A DNA stretch of 64,000 nt, taken from the NCBI GenBank assembly GCA_964619725.1, contig CAZUFC010000004.1:64001-128000 (forward strand), in the 5' to 3' direction. The first letter of the stretch is position 1. Every line of letters starts with the position of its first letter. Under the pieces are notes generated by a model. The model worked only from the letters and a program-made list of their open reading frames with translations. It was not told the origin of the DNA and searched no databases. Position numbers and translations under genes: made by a program. Origin of the DNA: an uncultured bacterium. Its GTDB lineage: Bacteria > CSSED10-310 > CAZUFC01. Below are positions 9,428 through 18,050 of the stretch, one piece after another.

Positions 9428-10660
9428 TTATCTATTTTTCAGTTTTATAACAGGTTCTTTAGGGTATTCGGTAAAATTTTCAGGCTGTCCGTTTTGGTCT
9501 ATCCATAAAACGTCTTCGAGTCGAATTCCCCAGCCTTTATCGGGATAATACAGTCCCGGTTCTACAGTGAAAAGATGCCCTTTCTGCAGTTTTTTTCGGT
9601 TTGCTACATGTATGCTGATCGCCGGACTTTCGTGTATTTCCAGTCCCAGCCCGTGTCCCAGAGAATGGCAATAACCCTGTGTCGCAGAGGGCTCCTGTCT
9701 GTAGGTCACATGATTGGCCGACTCGAAAATGTCGCAGGCTAAATTATCGAAATAGTTGAGAGGGCGACCCGTTTTCAGGGAGCTGATAACGGCTTCCTGA
9801 ACCTTCCTCACCGTCTCGTATGCCTCTAACAACCTCGGCTCTGCTTCATTCAGAAACACCGTCCGGGTCATATCAAAACAATATCCCGATTCCTTATCTC
9901 TCGTGAAAAAATCAAATACGATGCTTGATCCGGTTTTCAACCTGGAGTCCGAATCGCCCTGGTGGTGAGGTATGCCGGCTTCGCTGCCCTGAGAAAAAAT
10001 TACGCCTGATTCTTCCAGCAAATCCTGCCTTGTCATTTCAAGCGCTATCACTTTCTTCACCGCACCGATGGTTACCGGCTCCCCCCATTTCGTAACGGCA
10101 TGTCCATTCACAGCGCTCAGTGAGCTTAAATAATCGAATACGTTACTCATTACTTTTTGAGATCGTCGGCCGACATTTTTGATCCGGGCGGCTTCGGTTT
10201 CATCTTTAGTCTCCCGGACGCCGGCAATCAAATCATTTCCGAAATCGTTGACCAGTTCTATATCGGGGACTTCCTGCACTAATTTGGTCCATAGGAAGAA
10301 GAAGTTTTTGACCTCAGAGTTTCCATATATTCCGATCCGACCTTTCATATTGAAAAACTTAATGTATTGCTTTAATATTTCCACATTGCGTCTGAAAGGC
10401 TCGGGATATTTTTTTATGATATTATGGAGTTTGAGTTTTTTGATATTTACGAGATTCAGGCCGCTTTTTCTCGCTTCATCCCGATCCATATCGGTATAGA
10501 CCAGCCATGGTTTTTTTCCTTTTTGTTTTATGATGGCGGCTTTGAATAAAGTATAACGACCGTTCATGTATACGAAAGGCGGGTTGTAGAAACTTGAGCC
10601 TACGATCCAGAGGAAATTCATATTTCTTTTATCCATTTCGTTGTCTATTTCGTTTTTCAT
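9428..10660 (-). CDS. M24 family metallopeptidase (Xaa-Pro aminopeptidase-like)
   Basis: DMTRT, HSLGHGLGLEIHESP, TVEPGLY, GIRLED; ATG 10660 follows a GGAGG RBS. Confidence 0.9.
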   Translation of the reverse strand: MKNEIDNEMDKRNMNFLWIVGSSFYNPPFVYMNGRYTLFKAAIIKQKGKKPWLVYTDMDRDEARKSGLNLVNIKKLKLHNIIKKYPEPFRRNVEILKQYIKFFNMKGRIGIYGNSEVKNFFFLWTKLVQEVPDIELVNDFGNDLIAGVRETKDETEAARIKNVGRRSQKVMSNVFDYLSSLSAVNGHAVTKWGEPVTIGAVKKVIALEMTRQDLLEESGVIFSQGSEAGIPHHQGDSDSRLKTGSSIVFDFFTRDKESGYCFDMTRTVFLNEAEPRLLEAYETVRKVQEAVISSLKTGRPLNYFDNLACDIFESANHVTYRQEPSATQGYCHSLGHGLGLEIHESPAISIHVANRKKLQKGHLFTVEPGLYYPDKGWGIRLEDVLWIDQNGQPENFTEYPKEPVIKLKNR

Positions 10661-10990
10661 AGCGGACCTCCCAATCACGAAAAACGGACAGATGATATCA
10701 AACCTCAATTGATGCAACAAGGCGCGTATAAATCTGAAATTTTCATTTATAAAAGATACGCGTTAAGAAAGGCAGAGGTTTTAAATTCAGCAGGGGCGAA
10801 TAGTTCGCGGGGATCGAACGAATCCAGAATGGGAAATGAATCCCGGTCGGCGCTTCTGAAGTATCCTCTAAGAAGTAATAGGGTTCCTGTGTTTTTTTGG
10901 GGCCTTTAATCTAAGGAGATGATGAAGCGTTCATGGCGTTCTCAGGGGATGAAGCCAGAAATGTTCGGATGAATCAGAGCAATCGAAGGT

Positions 10991-11020
10991 TTGACTCACA
11001 GACCTGTTTGAAGCTATAAT
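10991..11020 (+). promoter_or_regulatory. Sigma70-type promoter
   Basis: TTGACT-18 nt-TATAAT. Confidence 0.55.
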
Positions 11021-11030
11021 TGTTTGGGTT

Positions 11031-12473
11031 TTGCGTCGTCTCAGCATTTTTGTCCTGGAAGGAAGCTGGATTTTGAACGACAGAAGACGAAAAGGGAAAA
11101 GGCTGTATATTTATCCGAAAGTAACGACATTCATTATCGGGATTGTTGCATTATTGTTTTCCTACAGCGTACTGCTGCTTTTCATCACGCGGTTTCTCAT
11201 TCATCATACAGAGTTGCTCAAGCGTGCTCACATTCAATTAATCACGGAGAAACTGGATTTATATTTAGAGGCGGAAAATTACAACCTGCTTTTCTTTAGT
11301 TCTTTGATTTTATTTATAGTTTTGATGTTCGTCTATCTGATACGATCAGTGAGATTCATCAGGAAGTCGCATGAAGAATATTACGTCAATCTTGCGAACA
11401 AGGAGATTATTGAGTATTTAAGCGACGGAATACTGATTTTTGATTTAAAGGGACGGCTTATCCATTGCAATTTTCCTGCAAGCAGGTTTTTAGAGCTTGA
11501 GAATCAGGAAGACGAGAATCTGACGAACGGACATTATAAGCAATTATTTGGTGATGTAAGAGATTTAACGACGATAATAGAATCGGGTTTACTGAATCGT
11601 AAGCTTGTGAAAGAGCGCACGGTGAGGTTGGGGAGCGAGAAGGATTCAAAGGAACTGTTGGTTTCATCGTTTTTTCCGGAAAATGAGCAATCGTCATTAA
11701 TAGGTCTTGCTGTTTTGCTCCAGGACAGTGAGCGATTAAATCAGGTGAGTCAGCGTATAAGAAGGACGGAGAGGCTATCTGCTGTCGGGAGACTGTCATC
11801 GGAAATTGCGCATGAGATACGCAATCCTCTCAGCGCAATGGGGATGAATTTACAGCTTTTGCAGGAAAAGTTATCGAAGATTCTCGAAGACATGACGTAC
11901 GACAAAATCAGGAATCATCTGAATGTTTTGGATTATGAATTAAAGCGATTGACGAACTTTTTAGAATATTTTACTCATATATCGCGAAAGCGTCCATTGC
12001 GATTAAAATGGGTGGATATTCACAAGCTGACGGACGGGGTATTAAAACTGATAAAACCCAATGCCGGCGAAAACAATGTTGACATCAAGAAGACTTATGC
12101 GCCGGCCTTACCCGCGACGAGGTGCGATCCCGATCAGATACGCCAGGTGGTCTTAAATCTTATCAATAATGCTCTTTATGCTATGAGAGACGGGGGGACA
12201 TTAAGCATCAGCACGGAGCATAATATAAAGAAGGATACGGTAGAAATCCACATCAAGGACACCGGCGTGGGAATTAAGGCGTCAGAAATGGACAAAATAT
12301 TTGATTGGTATTACACGAGCAAATCCGGCGGAACAGGACTGGGACTGGGTATTGCTCATCAAATAATCACGCGACACAAGGGGACGCTGGACGTAAAAAG
12401 TCGAGTCAATGAAGGGACTCGCTTTGTTATTGAATTGCCAGTCGCCGGTCCCTGGAGGCAGATGGAGGAGTAA
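11031..12473 (+). CDS. Membrane PAS sensor histidine kinase (NtrB/AtoS-like)
   Basis: Two TM helices, PAS, IAHEIRNPL, NLINNA, DTGVGI, GGTGLGL; true start may be TTG 11073. Confidence 0.92.
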   Translation: MRRLSIFVLEGSWILNDRRRKGKRLYIYPKVTTFIIGIVALLFSYSVLLLFITRFLIHHTELLKRAHIQLITEKLDLYLEAENYNLLFFSSLILFIVLMFVYLIRSVRFIRKSHEEYYVNLANKEIIEYLSDGILIFDLKGRLIHCNFPASRFLELENQEDENLTNGHYKQLFGDVRDLTTIIESGLLNRKLVKERTVRLGSEKDSKELLVSSFFPENEQSSLIGLAVLLQDSERLNQVSQRIRRTERLSAVGRLSSEIAHEIRNPLSAMGMNLQLLQEKLSKILEDMTYDKIRNHLNVLDYELKRLTNFLEYFTHISRKRPLRLKWVDIHKLTDGVLKLIKPNAGENNVDIKKTYAPALPATRCDPDQIRQVVLNLINNALYAMRDGGTLSISTEHNIKKDTVEIHIKDTGVGIKASEMDKIFDWYYTSKSGGTGLGLGIAHQIITRHKGTLDVKSRVNEGTRFVIELPVAGPWRQMEE

Positions 12474-12475
12474 TA

Positions 12476-13840
12476 ATGGGAGATGCCGACCGCGTATTAA
12501 TTATCGATAATGAAGAGAACATACGAACGGCTTTGAAGGAAGCTTTGGAGGAGGAGAATCTGGTAATTGATTCTGCCGAAAATGGAGAAACGGGTATCAA
12601 AAAAATTGAGACTGCGCCGGCCCCTTATAATGTAATCATCACAGATTTGAAAATGAAAGGCGTCGATGGCTTGAAGGTACTTGAATTTTCCAAAGATCAT
12701 TCTCCTTTGTCGGATGTTGTGCTCATAACCGCGTACGGGACGATAGAAACTGCCGTTAAGGCTTTGAAGTTAGGGGCTTATGATTATTTAACGAAACCTT
12801 TGGATTTGATTCACTTCAGAAATGTCGTTAAAAAAATCCTGGAAAAACAGAATTTGCTCCGTGAAAACGTTGAATTAAAGCAAATCCTCGACATTAAAAG
12901 CGGCGACGGACTGGTCGTCGGATCAAGTAAAAAGATCAGAGAAGTTTATGACATAGTCGATCAGGTGGCGGACACGGACGTTACGGTATTAATTGAGGGA
13001 GAGAGCGGAACGGGAAAGGATGTCGTAGCGAAAACGATCCACCGGCGAAGTTCCAGGCATGATAAGCCTTTTATAATAGTCAATTGCGGAGCTTTACCGG
13101 AAACGCTTCTTGAAAACGAATTATTCGGTCATGAAAAAGAGGCTTTTACAGGAGCTACAGGCATTAAAAAAGGACGTTTCGAGCTGGCGGACGGAGGCAC
13201 TTTATTTCTGGACGAAGTCTCTGAGATGGGGAAGAACAGCCAGATTGATTTTCTCAGGGTGCTGGAGGACGGAGTTATTCAGCGAATAGGAGGAACAACG
13301 CCGCTCAAAGTTGACGTAAGAGTAATTGCCGCTTCCAATAAACCTTTGACAGAGCTTTGCGAGCAGGACCTTTTTCGGGAAGACCTTTATTATCGTTTGA
13401 ACGTAGTATCTATTAACATGCCTTATTTGCGAGAGAGAAAAGAAGACATTCCTATCCTGGTGGAAGCTTTTCTGACGGAATTCGGCATAAAACACAAAAA
13501 AACAGATATTCAAGTTTCCGAGGAAACCATGAAACTGCTCACAGATTATCCCTGGCCCGGAAATGTCAGGGAATTGAAAAACTGTCTGGAAAGAGCCGTC
13601 ATATTGGGTAAAGGCAATGAAATACTAGCAAAACATTTTCCTCCATCTTTGCAGGAATTTTATTTTCCGAAGCATAAAATAGAAATCGAGGTCGGCGCAT
13701 CATTATCTGAAATTGAACAGGAAGTCATTTCAAAAACGTTGAAGGCTTTCAACGGACACAGAAGGAAAACGGCTGAGATTCTCGGCATCAGCTTACGTTC
13801 TCTTCAGTATAAGATTAAGGAATACAACCTTGAAGTATAA
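12476..13840 (+). CDS. Sigma54-dependent response regulator (NtrC/AtoC family)
   Basis: Receiver, Walker A GESGTGKD, EAFTGA (GAFTGA-like), LFLDEV, WPGNVREL, Fis-type HTH. Confidence 0.95.
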   Translation: MGDADRVLIIDNEENIRTALKEALEEENLVIDSAENGETGIKKIETAPAPYNVIITDLKMKGVDGLKVLEFSKDHSPLSDVVLITAYGTIETAVKALKLGAYDYLTKPLDLIHFRNVVKKILEKQNLLRENVELKQILDIKSGDGLVVGSSKKIREVYDIVDQVADTDVTVLIEGESGTGKDVVAKTIHRRSSRHDKPFIIVNCGALPETLLENELFGHEKEAFTGATGIKKGRFELADGGTLFLDEVSEMGKNSQIDFLRVLEDGVIQRIGGTTPLKVDVRVIAASNKPLTELCEQDLFREDLYYRLNVVSINMPYLRERKEDIPILVEAFLTEFGIKHKKTDIQVSEETMKLLTDYPWPGNVRELKNCLERAVILGKGNEILAKHFPPSLQEFYFPKHKIEIEVGASLSEIEQEVISKTLKAFNGHRRKTAEILGISLRSLQYKIKEYNLEV

Positions 13841-13933
13841 GACGGAATTTGTTTCAGACTGATTTAATTTTCATTTTTGTCGATTCAGTGAAAATTACGG
13901 GATGGAGTCTATGCCGTTTCTTCGAGAAATGGA

Positions 13934-15286
13934 GTGATAGCAATCGATTTATTCGATAGACAGAAAAACATCGCCAAGATGAGAAATGCCCCTTTAGCGC
14001 ATCGAATGCGTCCTCGAAAGTTGAATGAAGTATTAGGGCAGAGTCATCTGACGGGAGAAGGCAAGCCGTTGTATCTGATGTGCCGAAAAAAGCGGCTGTT
14101 CTCTGTAATTTTCTGGGGTCCTCCGGGTACGGGGAAAACGACTCTGGCGCGGTTGACAGCATCGGCAGTAAAGGCTGAATTTTTTACATTAAGCGCAGTC
14201 GCTTCAGGAGTTGCCGATCTTCGTAAGGTCATCGCCAGGGCAGAGGACAACTTGGCTGCCGGAGGCAGGAGAACCGTTCTGTTCATCGATGAAATTCACC
14301 GTTACAATAAATCTCAACAAAGTCTTCTGTTGCCGAACGTTGAGGATGGAACGATTACTCTGATCGGCGCGACGACCGAGAATCCGGCATTCGAAGTAAT
14401 CGGTCCTCTTCTGTCAAGAATGAGGATATTTCGGACAAAAGCGCTGGATGAGGCAGATTTACGCAACCTATTAAAGAAGGCTTTAACAGACAATGAAAAC
14501 GGACTGGGCGCTTTTACTGTTCAGGCGGACAAAGCGTTTATTAAAGCGGTCGTAGACCGCTCTGCAGGCGACGCCAGGCAGGCTTTAAATTGCCTGGAGA
14601 CGGCGGCTCAGTTGAATGCTGATTATGGACAGGGGAAAATCCATTTGACCATTGAAGATTTTGATAATTCAAGCGGTATTGACCGACCGCTGTATGATAA
14701 GGGGGGAGCGGAACACTACCAGACTGCTTCTGCTTTCATTAAGAGCATCAGGGGTTCTGATCCTGACGCAGCTTTATTCTGGATGGCGAAGATGATAAAA
14801 GGCGGAGAAGACCCGAATTTTATCATGCGGCGATTGGTAATTGCAGCGGCTGAGGATATAGGAAATGCAGACCCTACAGCCTTGATACTGGCTTCTGCCG
14901 CTGCCCGGGCTGTCGAATTCGTCGGACTACCGGAAGCCGAGATCATTATGGCGCAGGCTGTAACCTATGCCGCCTGCGCTCCCAAAAGCAATTCATCGAT
15001 TGTCGCCGTAATGAAAGCCATGCAAGATGTTCAGAATGAATCCAACCCCCTGGAAGTCCCCGATCATTTAAAAGGGGGATATACGAAACTGGATAAAAAT
15101 CAGGGCTGGGGCATAAATTATAAATATCCTCATGATTTCGATCATGCATTCATCGAACAGCATTACTTCCCTGACGGCATGACGCCCAGAAAATATTACG
15201 AACCTTCCGACAGCGGTCATGAAGCAGGCTTTAAACGCAAATTAGAAAAAAACTGGAAAAATCGCAAACGCGCATCAAATGATTGA
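13934..15286 (+). CDS. rarA: Replication-associated recombination protein A (RarA/MgsA)
   Basis: PLAHRMRP, WGPPGTGKTT, FIDEIHR, GATTENP, SAFIKSIRGSDPD. Confidence 0.95.
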   Translation: MIAIDLFDRQKNIAKMRNAPLAHRMRPRKLNEVLGQSHLTGEGKPLYLMCRKKRLFSVIFWGPPGTGKTTLARLTASAVKAEFFTLSAVASGVADLRKVIARAEDNLAAGGRRTVLFIDEIHRYNKSQQSLLLPNVEDGTITLIGATTENPAFEVIGPLLSRMRIFRTKALDEADLRNLLKKALTDNENGLGAFTVQADKAFIKAVVDRSAGDARQALNCLETAAQLNADYGQGKIHLTIEDFDNSSGIDRPLYDKGGAEHYQTASAFIKSIRGSDPDAALFWMAKMIKGGEDPNFIMRRLVIAAAEDIGNADPTALILASAAARAVEFVGLPEAEIIMAQAVTYAACAPKSNSSIVAVMKAMQDVQNESNPLEVPDHLKGGYTKLDKNQGWGINYKYPHDFDHAFIEQHYFPDGMTPRKYYEPSDSGHEAGFKRKLEKNWKNRKRASND

Positions 15287-15359
15287 ATTCCCGCACAGGA
15301 TAAGCAAAAAAGCGTCGAAGCGTTTCCTTAAATTATGAAGCATCGGTTTTCTGGAAGAA

Positions 15360-17666
15360 TTAATTCCGGTTGAAGAACTTTTTGAGTTTGGTCAGGTCTT
15401 TTGTAGAGGCGGGATCGTGCGGAGAAGGCTTCCTGGGTTTCCTGGGTTTGCGTTGCTGCTTTTTTGAGGGTTTAGGACGAGTCAGTGATTTCATACTAAG
15501 TGAGATTCTTTTAAGTTCCGGCTTTACTTCCAGAATTTTGACTTTGACGACATCTCCTACTGAGGCAATATTCTGAGGATTCTTTACGAATTCATGAGCC
15601 ATTTCTGAAATATGAACCATCCCGTCCTGATGAACGCCAAGATCGACGAATACTCCAAAATTGGTTACATTTGTTATTCGGCCTTCTAAAATCATACCGG
15701 CTTTCAAATCGTCGATATCCATAAGGTCTGCCCTGTATTCTGGAATTTTGAAATTTTTCCTGGGATCCCTGCCTGGTTTTTTTAATTCTTGTGCAATATC
15801 TCTGATGGTGGGCATACCTGTTTTTTCCGTCACGAAACGTTTTAAATCAAGTTCGTTGATTAATTTATTATTAGCAAGCAACTCCGTAACGGTCGAATTT
15901 GTCACCTTGCAGATGTCATTAACGATTTCATAGGACTCTGGATGTATTCCAGTATTGTCCAGCGGGTTCTCGGCCTCTCTGATCCGAAGGAATCCTGCGG
16001 CGAGCTGGAAAGTTTTCGGTCCCAAACCTTGCACGTTTATAAGTTGAGAGCGGTTTATAAACTTCCCGTTTGTATTTCTGAAATCAACGATGGATGCGGC
16101 GATCGAATCGCTTAATCCTGATACGTACGAAAGCAGACATTTGGATGCTGTGTTTAACTCTACGCCTACGTAATTAACGCAAGATTCGACTACGCTGTCC
16201 AGAGATTTTTTTAAACGTCTCTGATTGACGTCATGCTGGTATTGACCGACGCCGATTGATTTGGGGTCTATTTTAACCAGTTCGGCCAATGGGTCCTGGA
16301 AGCGTCTGGCGATGCTGACGGCCCCCCTGATTCCCGCATCAAGATCGGGCAGTTCTTCTCTGGATACGGCAGAAACTGAATAAACGCTTGCCCCGGCTTC
16401 ATTGACGGTTACTACGGGCGGTTTCGGACCGGAAGACTCGCCATATGCTTTTTTAATGAATATGTCTGTTTCGCGAGAACCTGTTCCGTTCCCCATAACC
16501 AGCGCTTCAGGTTGATACACACCGATGAATTTAGTGAATTCCTTCATAGCTTCAATTTCTTTTTCCTGGCCGGAATGAGGATAAATAATAGTATGCGACA
16601 GATAGCGGCCGGTCTCATCGACTGCTGATAATTTACAGCCCGTTCTCAATCCCGGATCAATGCCGACGACGCGGATGCCTCCGGCATGAGGCGAGAGCAG
16701 GAGTTTTCGAAGATTTTCGGAAAAAACCTTAATGGCTTCGCAATCGGCCCTTTCCTTCAGTTTGGTACGTACGTCGAGTTCGATTTGGGGCAATATTAAT
16801 CTTTTGTAGGAATCTTTAATGATGCCTAGAAGATAACTGCCGACATCCGGATCGGCTGTCGTAAGGAAGACTTCTTCCATGTAATCCATTGATTTTTCAT
16901 GAGGAACCGACAAATGCATTTTCAGGAAGCCTTCCCGGCATCCCCGTCTGATCGCCAGATATCTGTGAGAAGGAATAGATTCTAGAGGTTCGTTGTAATC
17001 AAAGTAATCCTTAAATTTTTTTCCTGCTTCCTTTTTCTCCTCAACAGCTTCCGAAACCACGGCGCCGTCTTTGTAGAAAAGCTCTCTCAGAAAACGTCGC
17101 ACCTCTGCATTTTCAGACATCCATTCAGCGATAATATATCCTGCTCTTTCGAGGGCTTTATTGACGTCCGGCGTTCCTTTTTCTTCGGAAACATATTTTT
17201 CAGCTTCCGACTTCAGATCAATTTGATCTTGTTCGGTCAATATTTTTTTTGCTAGAGGTTCGAGGCCCGCTTTTCTGGCATCTTTAGCCTTGCTTTTCTT
17301 CTTTGGCCGGAATGGGAGATAAAGGTCTTCCAATTCCTGCTTCACGCGGCAATCTTCGATCGACTTTTTCAACAGAGGAGTCAGCAACCCTTTATTCTCA
17401 ATCGTACTTAAAATTTTCTGTTTTCTTTCTTCCAGTTCCTTGAAATAATGGTATCGCGATTCGATGTTACGTATGGTTACTTCATCCATTGATCCCGTCA
17501 TCTCTTTTCGATAGCGAGCAATGAACGGAATTGTAGCGCCTTCATCGAATAAACGGATAAGATTGTCGATGTATTTCCTTTTAGTTTCAAATTCCTGATC
17601 AAGCAATTCGACTGCTTTATTTTCAATATCGGTTAAATTTTCCTTCTCCATGCGGTTTATCCTCAT
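15360..17666 (-). CDS. tex: Tex family RNA-binding transcriptional accessory protein
   Basis: GATIPFIARYRKEMTG, DPGLRTGCK, EAGASVYS, IGVGQYQHD, C-terminal S1 domain. Confidence 0.95.
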   Translation of the reverse strand: MRINRMEKENLTDIENKAVELLDQEFETKRKYIDNLIRLFDEGATIPFIARYRKEMTGSMDEVTIRNIESRYHYFKELEERKQKILSTIENKGLLTPLLKKSIEDCRVKQELEDLYLPFRPKKKSKAKDARKAGLEPLAKKILTEQDQIDLKSEAEKYVSEEKGTPDVNKALERAGYIIAEWMSENAEVRRFLRELFYKDGAVVSEAVEEKKEAGKKFKDYFDYNEPLESIPSHRYLAIRRGCREGFLKMHLSVPHEKSMDYMEEVFLTTADPDVGSYLLGIIKDSYKRLILPQIELDVRTKLKERADCEAIKVFSENLRKLLLSPHAGGIRVVGIDPGLRTGCKLSAVDETGRYLSHTIIYPHSGQEKEIEAMKEFTKFIGVYQPEALVMGNGTGSRETDIFIKKAYGESSGPKPPVVTVNEAGASVYSVSAVSREELPDLDAGIRGAVSIARRFQDPLAELVKIDPKSIGVGQYQHDVNQRRLKKSLDSVVESCVNYVGVELNTASKCLLSYVSGLSDSIAASIVDFRNTNGKFINRSQLINVQGLGPKTFQLAAGFLRIREAENPLDNTGIHPESYEIVNDICKVTNSTVTELLANNKLINELDLKRFVTEKTGMPTIRDIAQELKKPGRDPRKNFKIPEYRADLMDIDDLKAGMILEGRITNVTNFGVFVDLGVHQDGMVHISEMAHEFVKNPQNIASVGDVVKVKILEVKPELKRISLSMKSLTRPKPSKKQQRKPRKPRKPSPHDPASTKDLTKLKKFFNRN

Positions 17667-17986
17667 CTCCCATGAACGTTATCAGAAAATACAATTGGCA
17701 TCGGGAAGACTGTTATCCCGATGAAGATTGAAGGTAGCAATTCACCTTCTTTTTTTCAAGCCCGCATTTGAAATTTCCGAGGTTCCGGCAATGAGCCTGA
17801 TTTTTAAAGGTAATTCCCGGGTTAAAAGTCGTCGAGTCACCCGCATTTACCGAACGATGCCTTTACTGAAACCTGTTGAAACAGGTAAAGCCGGGAAGCG
17901 CGGTTCAGCCCGGTTTGATTATTATCCTCTGCCTGGACTTGGAAATTTACAGTCAATCGGCAGATTGAACTTCAGGGCACATTTCA

Positions 17987-18016
17987 TTGACATGGGGATT
18001 GAGGAGAGTATATAAA
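17987..18016 (+). promoter_or_regulatory. Sigma70-type promoter for the M16 peptidase operon
   Basis: TTGACA followed 16-18 nt later by TATATA/TATAAA. Confidence 0.5.
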
Positions 18017-18050
18017 GATCATTCGGCCAAGGACGTGCACTCCTCGCTTT

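Noticed and set aside
11050-11070. GGAAGGAAGC resembling SRP RNA domain IV
   Set aside because: The flanking CAGG/GCAGC pairing is absent; better explained as an RBS or coding sequence
15425-15452. Short tandem repeat (TTCCTGGGT x2)
   Set aside because: Encodes the RKPRKPRKP low-complexity tail of Tex; not a CRISPR or contingency locus
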